Both the position numbers and the translations under genes were made by a program. 64,000 bases of DNA from an uncultured Acidimicrobiales bacterium (GTDB lineage Bacteria; Actinomycetota; Acidimicrobiia; Acidimicrobiales; UBA10347): contig CALSSD010000021.1 in NCBI GenBank assembly GCA_943788915.1, positions 1-64,000 on the forward strand, read 5' to 3'. Below, piece by piece: positions 49,690 through 59,258 of the stretch. The notes below the pieces were generated by a model. It was not told the origin of the DNA. It made no database searches and was given only the letters and a program-made list of their open reading frames with translations. The stretch's first letter is position 1. Each line of letters opens with the position of its first letter.

Positions 49690-50694
49690 TCAGGGCAGTC
49701 GGTACGCCTCGGGGAACGCTTCGATTGTTTGCTCGGTACGACCCAGGAGGCTGAGTGCGTGCTCGACAACGGCTCGTTGCCTGTCACCATCGTTGGGCGC
49801 TCCGAGCGGACGACCCATCGGATGTTGGGTAATCAGGCTTCGACTTAGTCCCATGAGTTCGGGGATATGGCCGAACGACTTCACGTACACACTCACCGTT
49901 GGGATACCGGCTTCTTCCATGGCTCGTTGAACGTGTCCCACGGACACGTGGCACACCGGTCAAATGGGTACGAGCAGCACGGCGTCGGCTCCCTGGTCCT
50001 TGGCGATCTGTGCCCACGCCGGTCCGTAGGTGCGTTTGATGTGACCCTGCGCGGTGGCCCCCACGAATGAGTACGCGTTCTCGGTCAGACTCCCGATCAC
50101 TCCAGTACCCACCAGCGAACGAAGATGTTCGAGTGGCAACACCACCTGGGGATCGATTGTCGCCGCTTGCACCGGATAACCACCGTGTCGAACACGAATG
50201 TCAGCCGCTGGTGTGTCCACAGGAATTGCTGACAGGCTCGCTTCGGATCGAACGAATTCGACGATGCGACTCTCGGCTTCAGCCTGCGTCATGTTCGTCT
50301 CGCCGAACGGTTCGGGATCGTCGCCTTCGACGAAATGACCGCTTGAAGTCAGCACCATGATCTTTGCTTCGTTCAGCGGTTTGGTGAACGGCGCAAGTGG
50401 GGTGTCGTCCTTGCGGTGGGGGAAGTCTTTAGGATCGCCGAGGTGCCCGGCATAGGCCTGCACCTGCCACCGATAGGCGACGTCGACGACATCGAGCGGG
50501 TCCGCGCCATCACCAACGCGAGCGGTTGCGGCAAATAACTCGGACAAGAAGTCACCGAACTCGGCGTCGGACAGGTCCCGAGTGAACTTGAAGTTCAGGT
50601 CACTACGACTGCCATACATGAACGAGTTGCGCAGGTCTTCGATGGACTCGGTGTCGTTGTCGAGCTCGTCGTTATCGGGAAGGCTGTCGGTCAT
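49690..50694 (-). CDS. PrdB/GrdB-family selenoprotein (334 aa, Sec245, U-P-V-C)
   Basis: ORFs 49960..50694 and 49690..49956 are in frame, separated only by TGA at 49962-49960. Readthrough DAVLLVPI-U-PVCHVSVGHVQRAMEEAGIPTV matches the PrdB UxxC...QRAIEE.GIPT pattern; upstream HGGY...DPQVVLP. SECIS hairpin follows. Confidence 0.9.
49931..49949 (-). promoter_or_regulatory. Bacterial SECIS element candidate
   Basis: UGA-CCGGUGUGCC-[ACGUGUCC-GUG-GGACACGU]: perfect 8-bp stem, G-first loop, stem starts 11 nt after UGA. Confidence 0.85.
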
Positions 50695-50777
50695 GAGGGG
50701 ACGTTAGCCCATCGGTTTCAGGTTCGAGAGCCCTCCTCGTTCGCTCCGGGTACGGTCCGCCATCTACGCTCGGCGTC

Positions 50778-51581
50778 ATGGAATTGAATGATCGAATCTG
50801 TGTAGTAACCGGTGGCGGAAGCGGCATCGGCCGTGCGAGTGCGCATGCCTTCGCTGCCGAAGGTGCCCGACTCGTGATCGTCGCTGACCTCGACGAGGCA
50901 AAGGCCATCGAAGTTGCCGAGTCGATCGACGGGAACGCCCGGGGCGTGGGCCTCGATGTAGCCGACGAAGCTGCGGTCACCAATCTGTGTGAATCGATCG
51001 AGAACAACGACGGACCGATCGATCTCTTCTTCTCCAACGCTGGTTACGGCGCACCCGGTGGCCTGGATCTGTCGAACGACACCTGGCAGCGAATGATGGA
51101 CGTGCACATGACTTCGCACCTCACCGTGGCCCGAGCACTCGTGCCGGGCATGGTCGCACGAGGCGAGGGTTACCTCTTCAGCACCGCATCTGCTGCTGGC
51201 CTCCTCACCCAGATCGACTCTGGCCCCTACGCCGTTTCCAAGGCTGCAGCCGTGGCCTTCGCCGAATGGCTTTCGATTAACTATGGCAACGCGGGCGTGA
51301 AGGTGTCGGTGCTCTGCCCCCAGGCGGTACGCACGAACATCATCGGCGAAGACCTCGATGCGTGGGACAAGTTCGCGTCCAGCGGACAGGCCAGCCAGGA
51401 CGGAATCCTCGAGCCAGAAGATGTTGCGCAGATGGTTGTGGACACGATCCGCAACGAGAACTTCCTGCTCCTCCCCCACGAGCAGGTCGGCACCTACATG
51501 CAACGCAAGGCTGCAGATCCGGACCGCTGGATCTCGGGCATGCAACGTTTCCACGCTCGGCTTGAAGCCGCCCGCGACTAA
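50778..51581 (+). CDS. Short-chain dehydrogenase/reductase
   Basis: TGGGSGIG, SNAG, TASAAGLL, YAVSK, VLCPQAVRT. Confidence 0.92.
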   Translation: MELNDRICVVTGGGSGIGRASAHAFAAEGARLVIVADLDEAKAIEVAESIDGNARGVGLDVADEAAVTNLCESIENNDGPIDLFFSNAGYGAPGGLDLSNDTWQRMMDVHMTSHLTVARALVPGMVARGEGYLFSTASAAGLLTQIDSGPYAVSKAAAVAFAEWLSINYGNAGVKVSVLCPQAVRTNIIGEDLDAWDKFASSGQASQDGILEPEDVAQMVVDTIRNENFLLLPHEQVGTYMQRKAADPDRWISGMQRFHARLEAARD

Positions 51582-51620
51582 ACCGACGAGCGGCAAGGCA
51601 ACCGGCGTACCTACGTCGTC

Positions 51621-52586
51621 CTAGCCAGCGGCGGCGATCATCCGGGCGAGCGCGTCGCTCGACACGTTGGCACCACAGCTGACCGCAACGATGCGTGACC
51701 CTGGCGCCTTTGCCGCGTGAGCGGTCGCAGCAGCGATCGCTACGCCGGCTGCACCTTCGACCAATTGGTGATGATCATCGATCATGTTCGTGACTGCGGT
51801 GGCGATATCACGTTCGTTGATGTCAACCCATTCATCGACCAGGTCTCGACAAATAGCGAACGTGATGCTGTCATCTTCGAGACCACCAGCGGTGCCGTCG
51901 GAGAAGGTCGGCTCGAAGTGGGGCGTGATGATCTTGCCGGCCTCGATCGACGCTGCCATGGCCCGATCGTTCAGCGCAGACGCACCGATGATCCGGGTGC
52001 CTGGTGAATGGGCCTTAACCCAGGTGGCGATCCCTGAAATCAAGCCACCGCCACCGACCGAGATCACTACCGAGTCGATGGGACCGCCATCTTCCAGGAT
52101 CTCTTTGCCGATGGTTCCCTGGCCAGCGATGATGAGTGGGTCGTTGTACGGCGATACATACGGCTGGCCCTGAGCGTCGGCATGAGCCCGAGCAGCATTC
52201 TCGGCGTCGTTGCTGTCGGTGCTGTCCACGATCATGATCTCGGCACCGAGCCGTCGGATCTGGTCGACCTTGGATCGAGAAGCAGTTGATGGCAAGAAGA
52301 TAGTGGCGGCGATTCCGCGGCTGGCCGCTGCGGTCGACACACCAATGCCATGGTTGCCCGAGGATGCGGTGACCACTCCAAGCGCTGCCGTGTCGGCATC
52401 GAGCGAATGCACAAAGTTGGCCGAACCCCGAACCTTGAAACTGCCGGTCAGCTGCAGGTGCTCCGACTTGATCAGAATGTCGGCACCATGTCGCTCCGAC
52501 AACGGTGCGGAATGGAGCAATGGGGTGCGCAACACATGAGGAGCGATGCGGTCTGCCGCAGCCTCGATCTCGGTGGGATCAATCAT
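51621..52586 (-). CDS. PLP-dependent Ser/Thr dehydratase (catalytic domain only; EutB/serine-racemase-like)
   Basis: KSEHLQLTGSFKVRG, SSGNHG, AGQGTI, VGGGGLISG, CGANV. No regulatory ACT domain. Confidence 0.9.
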   Translation of the reverse strand: MIDPTEIEAAADRIAPHVLRTPLLHSAPLSERHGADILIKSEHLQLTGSFKVRGSANFVHSLDADTAALGVVTASSGNHGIGVSTAAASRGIAATIFLPSTASRSKVDQIRRLGAEIMIVDSTDSNDAENAARAHADAQGQPYVSPYNDPLIIAGQGTIGKEILEDGGPIDSVVISVGGGGLISGIATWVKAHSPGTRIIGASALNDRAMAASIEAGKIITPHFEPTFSDGTAGGLEDDSITFAICRDLVDEWVDINERDIATAVTNMIDDHHQLVEGAAGVAIAAATAHAAKAPGSRIVAVSCGANVSSDALARMIAAAG

Positions 52587-52681
52587 GGGCTGCATCCTGG
52601 CGGGGCATCTGCACAATCCCTATCCCATCGGCCAATTTCTCGTATACGGGTGTCAGTACCGAAGCCAGTAGGAGCGAAAAG

Positions 52682-53581
52682 TCAGCTCGGCAGTCGGTCC
52701 ATCACCAATTGCGCCATAGCCGCATCCTGAATACCCAACCCGCACAGGTCAACGACAGTCAGATCCTGATCGCTTGTCCGACCTGGTGCCGTTCCGACAA
52801 GCACCTGGCCGAGTTCGATCGCCCGACCCACGTGATCAGGTGCGTGCTGGAGTTCGCCCACACGGCTGGTGACATTGGTCGAGTCCACGCAGATCACCGC
52901 AGCCTGGTCAAGGACGTCTGCTGCCAGTTCTCGTTTACCAGTCATATCTGCGCCCATAGCGATCACATGCGTCCCTGGGGCGAGCATCGATGCAAACACA
53001 AGCGGTTCCCGAGACGGCGTGCAACAAATCACGATGTCGGCATCTGCGACTGCAGCTGCGACCGAGTTCGCAGGTTCGGCCTGATTCTCAGCAGCAAACC
53101 GTTCCGTCGTTTGTGGCGTTCGACTCCAAACCGCCACTGACCCAAGAGCGAACGCGTCTCGTAGTGCCGCGACTTGGAAGGCAGCCTGGAAGCCACCACC
53201 GAGAATGGCCAGCCGAGCTGCCTCCGGGCGAGCGAGTGCGAGAGCACTAACGGCGGAGGCCGCAGCGGTACGCATCTCGGTCAACCATCCACCATCACGA
53301 AGTATCGCAACCGGTGCTCCCGTGTGGGCATCGAGCACTGCGGTGAATCCGCTATTGCCACCGCCGGGGAACCCACCGGTCGCCGACTTGAACGCAATGA
53401 CATCGCCGCCGAGATAGGCACCCTTCACATGAAGTTCACCTCCATGGTCGAGCTTCATAGCCATTTCGTCGGGTGCGATGACGCCGCCCGCTGCGAATGC
53501 ACAGAATGCGTCGTGTACGGCTTGGCGTGCATCGGCAACCGACACAACGTCTCGAATGACTGCTTCCTCGATGATTCGCAT
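52682..53581 (-). CDS. Ornithine cyclodeaminase/mu-crystallin family protein
   Basis: GELHVKG, LTEMRTAAAS, LGGGFQA, AMGADMTGKREL, VDLCGLGIQDAA. Confidence 0.9.
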   Translation of the reverse strand: MRIIEEAVIRDVVSVADARQAVHDAFCAFAAGGVIAPDEMAMKLDHGGELHVKGAYLGGDVIAFKSATGGFPGGGNSGFTAVLDAHTGAPVAILRDGGWLTEMRTAAASAVSALALARPEAARLAILGGGFQAAFQVAALRDAFALGSVAVWSRTPQTTERFAAENQAEPANSVAAAVADADIVICCTPSREPLVFASMLAPGTHVIAMGADMTGKRELAADVLDQAAVICVDSTNVTSRVGELQHAPDHVGRAIELGQVLVGTAPGRTSDQDLTVVDLCGLGIQDAAMAQLVMDRLPS

Positions 53582-53654
53582 CGGCCAAGTGTGGCAGCTA
53601 TCCCCCTCCGCTAGGACCACATCCGGTGACGATGTCGTGACGTAGTGTTGCCAC

Positions 53655-54530
53655 ATGCCCCTTGAGCCACCTCTCGGACTCGACATCGTCGATCATATTC
53701 AGCAGACACGTGACAGTTATGCCCAGCTCGGCTACGACTCCTACCGGTGGGCCCATGAGCCTGAATCGGCTGCATTCGTGCGCCCGGCGAAGCCGCTGGC
53801 CGAAGCCACGGTTGCACTTGTTGCGTCCGGTGGCGTCTATCAGGCCGGACAGGTCGCCTTCCATCACAAGGACGACACGTCGTACCGACGGATTCCGACC
53901 GACGTGGCCACCGCCGACCTACGCACGAGCCATTTTGCGTACGACATGACCGATGCTCGGGTTGACCCAAACGTGGTGTTTCCCATCGATGCGCTGCGCG
54001 CCATGGTCGACGCTGGCACCATCGGCTCGCTCACTACCCACGCACTGACCTTCATGGGTGGCATCTACTCCCAGCGACGGCTGACCGAAGAACTGATCCC
54101 GGAGCTGAGCAAGGAAATCGCGGCGATGGAGCCCGATGTTGTGCTCCTCGTACCGGTTTGACCGGTCTGTCATCAGTCAGTTGGACTGATCGCTCGCCAT
54201 CTCGAATCACAGGGTTTCCCGACAACATCGTTGTCCTCGTCATGGTCCATCACCGCCAGCGCCAACCCGCCCCGCGCCGCCTTCCTGGACTACCCCCTCG
54301 GTCACACGGCCGGTCAGCCAAACGAGTTGGCCCAACAGATCGAGATCGCTACTGCTGCGTTACAACTGGTCGAGACGGCCACCGAGCCTGGGCAGATCCA
54401 TGTGCTTCCGCACCAATGGCCAACACCATGGAAGGCCAAGGCCCGCGAACTCAGCGACAAACGGAGCGAACGATTCGATACCCCGCAGTACGAGCGGGTA
54501 GACGACGAGCGAGCCGCGGCTGCGACCTGA
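53655..54530 (+). CDS. PrdB/GrdB-family selenoprotein (291 aa, Sec169, U-P-V-C)
   Basis: ORFs 53655..54161 and 54231..54530 are in frame, with only TGA 54159-54161 interrupting. Readthrough DVVLLVPV-U-PVCHQSVGLIARHLESQGFPT...NPPRAAFLDYPLGHTAG; upstream DTSYRRIP, SHFAYD, DPNVVFPID, FMGG. Confidence 0.92.
54172..54190 (+). promoter_or_regulatory. Bacterial SECIS element candidate
   Basis: UGA-CCGGUCUGUC-[AUCAGUC-AGUUG-GACUGAU]: perfect 7-bp stem, G at loop position 2, stem starts 11 nt after UGA. Confidence 0.85.
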
Positions 54531-54900
54531 TAGCGCTCACTGTCGATAAGCAGCTGTATCTGCGCGGTCAGCTCCGACGTGTTCAACTCTATGGTCGGCC
54601 GCTAACCCGAGCCATCTCGTCGGCATCGCCCTGACCGGATATGTCGATGCACCGCACGTCGTCTCCAAACTCGTGTTCAGGCGCTGCGACCGCAGGTGCA
54701 CTTGCAGTGCTGCGACCACAATGAACCCGGCCCGGCCGGTCTCCGGCTGACGTCGCCAGACACCGCAACAGCCTACGAACCCACGAACACCTCACGAACC
54801 GATGGAATGGCGGAACGTTCTACGGCGTCACCGGGTTACTACTCATGACGCACTGATCCATGGGATCATCACACAGAACAGAACGACAAGGAGACGGCTA

Positions 54901-55371
54901 ATGGCGACACGAGGCATGCGGCATGCAGTGCTGTGGGTACGTGATCCTGCAGCCAGCGCTGCGTTCTACGAACAAGCCCTTGGGCTTCAGATAAAAACAA
55001 CCATGGGCGACGCCGTGTTCATGTCTTCACCGGACTCGGGCACCGATCACGACTTGGGCTTGTTCAAGGCCGACGGCCCCAAAGCAGGCCAACGGGGTAT
55101 CGGGCTCTACCACATCGCGTGGGAAATCGGAACGCTGGCAGAACTGGTCGAAGCTAAGGAACGGCTGACCGACATGGGCGCCCTGGTTGGCGAAAACAAC
55201 CATGGTGTGAGCCGGAGTTTGTACTGCCAAGATCCCGACGGCATTGAGTTCGAGATCATGTGGGAACTACCACTCGATCTGCTCGACGCCGATGCACCGT
55301 CCAATATCCCACTTGACCTCGACGGCGACATTGCTCGATGGGGCGCGGACCGCTCCAGCCGCGGCGCCTGA
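54901..55371 (+). CDS. VOC/glyoxalase family protein
   Basis: HAVLWVRD, DHDLGLF, GLYHIAW, HGVSRSLYCQDPDGIEFE. AGGAG RBS. Confidence 0.9.
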   Translation: MATRGMRHAVLWVRDPAASAAFYEQALGLQIKTTMGDAVFMSSPDSGTDHDLGLFKADGPKAGQRGIGLYHIAWEIGTLAELVEAKERLTDMGALVGENNHGVSRSLYCQDPDGIEFEIMWELPLDLLDADAPSNIPLDLDGDIARWGADRSSRGA

Positions 55372-55380
55372 CCTCGCCCG

Positions 55381-56262
55381 ATGTTTAACCTCGACCAGCC
55401 AGGCCGGATCGAGGACAAACGCGACCCAACACACACAGAAGCAGCCGTGGTCGAGCCACACGTACCGTCGACAACCCACGATCGGTGGTGGTTCGCTCTC
55501 GTCGGGCTGGTAGCCGGGCTTGCGGTCGCACTGGTGGCGTGGGTCGCCTGGCCCGAAGGTGATGACCGGATCACTGCGGCCGATGTCGACAGGGCCATCG
55601 AAAAGGCATTGGCCCGGCCTCTCGACCAAGCCGCAGCGTCGCTCGCCTATGACCAGGCCGTCGAGTCGATCGTCGCGATACGTGCCATCAGGAACAACCG
55701 CGTCTCGGCCGACGACGATGGCATCACAATTGGCACCGGCGTCATTATCAATGAACAAGGCCAGATCCTGACCGCCAACCATGTGGTGTTCGGAGCCGAC
55801 GAGATCGAGCTGCACTTCGCCAACGGCACCGTGACCGCCGCTCGCCTGCTCACGAATGAAGCCGTGCTCGATATTGCCGTGCTCACCGCCGACGGCCCAA
55901 CCGGACCAATCACACCCGCAGTATTGGGCAATCCCCGCACGTTACAAGTCGGCGATCCGGTGTATGCGATCGGCAACCCTCTTGGCCTGACGGCGTCCAT
56001 CACCGCAGGAATCATCTCCGGCCTGAACCGTGACATTCCGTTCCCGGGTGACGACGGCCTGGTGCTCGAAAACCTGATCCAGTTTGATGCCGCGGTGAAT
56101 CAGGGCAGCTCCGGAGGCCCACTTGTTAACGCCGATGGCCATGTTGTCGGCATCGTTTCCGCGCTGGCAGACCCAGCAGGCCAAGGTTTCTTCATCGGCA
56201 TCGGATTTGCCATTCCGATCGATAGTGCGGCCCGTGGTGCCGCCGAGGGACCATCGCAATAA
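55381..56262 (+). CDS. Membrane-anchored trypsin-like (S1C/HtrA-like, PDZ-less) serine protease
   Basis: TM segment WWFALVGLVAGLAVALVAWVAW. Catalytic triad TANHVV, DIAVL, NQGSSGGPL. Confidence 0.9.
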   Translation: MFNLDQPGRIEDKRDPTHTEAAVVEPHVPSTTHDRWWFALVGLVAGLAVALVAWVAWPEGDDRITAADVDRAIEKALARPLDQAAASLAYDQAVESIVAIRAIRNNRVSADDDGITIGTGVIINEQGQILTANHVVFGADEIELHFANGTVTAARLLTNEAVLDIAVLTADGPTGPITPAVLGNPRTLQVGDPVYAIGNPLGLTASITAGIISGLNRDIPFPGDDGLVLENLIQFDAAVNQGSSGGPLVNADGHVVGIVSALADPAGQGFFIGIGFAIPIDSAARGAAEGPSQ

Positions 56263-56347
56263 GCCCTCCGCTCTCGCCAACCCGTCGCTCTAAACCCGTC
56301 GCACTACCCCGGCACCCGACTACCTCTCTGATCCTCTAGGACACTCC

Positions 56348-57375
<1,028 letters not shown>

Positions 57376-57379
<4 letters not shown>

Positions 57380-58284
57380 TTCCCGCGTCGAACACCACCA
57401 CCCGGGCCGGCCAGACGCCCGAACAGGTGCTCGACCGCGTCGACTTCACCGTGTTGCGACGCCTCGATGGTCTCCTCCAAGGTGACTACCGATCCCTGAT
57501 CCGGGGTGGCGGTCTCGACTTCACCGACCTGCGCAACTATCAGCCCCAAGACGACATTCGCCATATCGACTGGAACGTCACGGCACGAATGAACACACCG
57601 TTCGTGCGCCAATATGTCGAGGACCGCGACCTCACGGCATGGTTCCTGCTGGATCGATCGGCGTCGATGGCGTTCGGTGGCGACCCAAACAAGGCCCAGA
57701 CGCTCACCGACACGGTCGTGGCAATCGCCCGACTGCTTGCCCGTGACGGCAACCGCATCGGCGCGGTGTTGTGGAACAACCGGGTGCAGTCAGTCATGGA
57801 ACCCCGTAGCGGGCGCAACCAGGTGCTGCGGCTGGCCAAACACATGCTCACGCCGCCAACAGCTGCCCATGCACCCACTGATCTGGCCAGCCTCGGCCAT
57901 GCTGCCCTGGCTAGCATCCGGCGGAGGTCTCTGGTCTTCGTCATAAGTGACTTCGTGAGCGAACCCAGCTGGGAACGCCCACTGGCGATGTTGGCTCGCC
58001 GTCACGAGGTCATCGCACTTCGGATAGTAGATCCGGCCGAAACAACCCTTCCCGACGCCGGTGTCATTGTCATGCAGGATTCCGAAACCGGTGAACAACT
58101 CATGGTCGATACCAGCGATGTGAACTTTCGAGACCGCTTCGCCCAGGCTGCGCTTCGCCGTGAGCAACTCATTGCCGATTGTGCAAAACGGGCCCAGATG
58201 GACCTGCACGAAATCTCTACCGACGACGATCTTGTGCGTTCGATCATCTCCATGATCGAAGCTCGCACCCGGCGCCGACGGTGA
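57376..58284 (+). CDS. DUF58 domain protein
   Basis: GLDFTDLRNYQPQDDIRHIDWNVTAR, LLDRSASM, VISDF. Confidence 0.92.
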
Positions 58285-59258
58285 CGTTTCTCACACCTCA
58301 AGCGTTGTGGGGTTTGTTGCTGATTCCTGCGCTTGTCCTTTGTTATGGACTGGTTCAGTGGCGAGCAAAGTCGCCATCATCGTTCGCTCTGACCGCTGCA
58401 GATGGAGGACGAGCTGCGGCGAGCTGGCGTCGTCGATTGCCGCCGGTGTTGTTCCTCGTCGCGCTGACAGCAATGCTCTTCAGCCTCGCTCGGCCCGAGG
58501 CCAACATCACGCTGCCGGTGCGGACCGGACAGGTGGTGTTGGCGTTCGACACCTCCAATTCGATGCTCGCCGGCGACGTCGCGCCCAGTCGACTCGCTGT
58601 GGCCAAGGCACGAGCGCTTCAGTTCGTGAGTCGCCAGCCTGGTTCTGTGCAGATCGGCGTCGTGGCCTTCACCAACGGTGGGCTCATTGTGCAGGCGCCG
58701 ACCAAGGATCAGGCTGCTATCCGGGCTGCGATCGAACGACTCACCACCGACGGAGGGACATCGATCGGCGAAGGAATCTTCGCATCGCTGACCGCGATCG
58801 CTGACCGCCCCATAGAACTCGACCCCAACGGGATCGCTACCGATATCGCCGCGCTCGACATCGGTTCGTTCTCAAATGCCGCCATCATCGTGTTCACCGA
58901 TGGCGAAGAAATCGGCGGCGCCGACCCGATCGAGATCGCTCGGCTGGCGTCCAGTGCAGGCGTGCCCGTGTACACCGTGGGAATCGGCACGCTCCGCGGA
59001 ACGGTTGTGCCACTCGACGGATTCAGCATCGCCACCGCACTAGATGAGTCGATGCTGATCGAGATTGCCGACACCACTGGAGGCGAGTATTACCTGGCTG
59101 AGGACAACCCCGACCTGCAAGGCATCTTCGACGCCATCGATCGAACCTTCGAGCGACAAGGTGAACGTATCGAGATCACTGCGCTGCTTGCCATGATGGC
59201 AATGGCCCTCATTGTGGTTGCCACAGGTTTGTCTGTGCGCTGGTTTGGGCGGGTCTAA
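58281..59258 (+). CDS. VWA domain membrane protein (BatA-like)
   Basis: GTGA overlap. N-terminal TMs, MIDAS DTSNSM, GTSIG, FTDGE, C-terminal TM. Confidence 0.9.
   Translation: MTFLTPQALWGLLLIPALVLCYGLVQWRAKSPSSFALTAADGGRAAASWRRRLPPVLFLVALTAMLFSLARPEANITLPVRTGQVVLAFDTSNSMLAGDVAPSRLAVAKARALQFVSRQPGSVQIGVVAFTNGGLIVQAPTKDQAAIRAAIERLTTDGGTSIGEGIFASLTAIADRPIELDPNGIATDIAALDIGSFSNAAIIVFTDGEEIGGADPIEIARLASSAGVPVYTVGIGTLRGTVVPLDGFSIATALDESMLIEIADTTGGEYYLAEDNPDLQGIFDAIDRTFERQGERIEITALLAMMAMALIVVATGLSVRWFGRV

Noticed and set aside
51621..52586. Biosynthetic threonine deaminase ilvA
   Set aside because: No C-terminal regulatory domain; the context with an OCD-family gene suggests a catabolic paralogue.
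49960..54161. Treating the two TGA-split genes as pseudogenes or four separate small genes
   Set aside because: Same motif position in both paralogues, match to PrdB UxxC, covarying SECIS hairpins, and no evident RBS for the downstream halves.
56263..56347. Short repeat AACCCGTCGC x2 between protease and moxR
   Set aside because: Too short and low-complexity to support a function.
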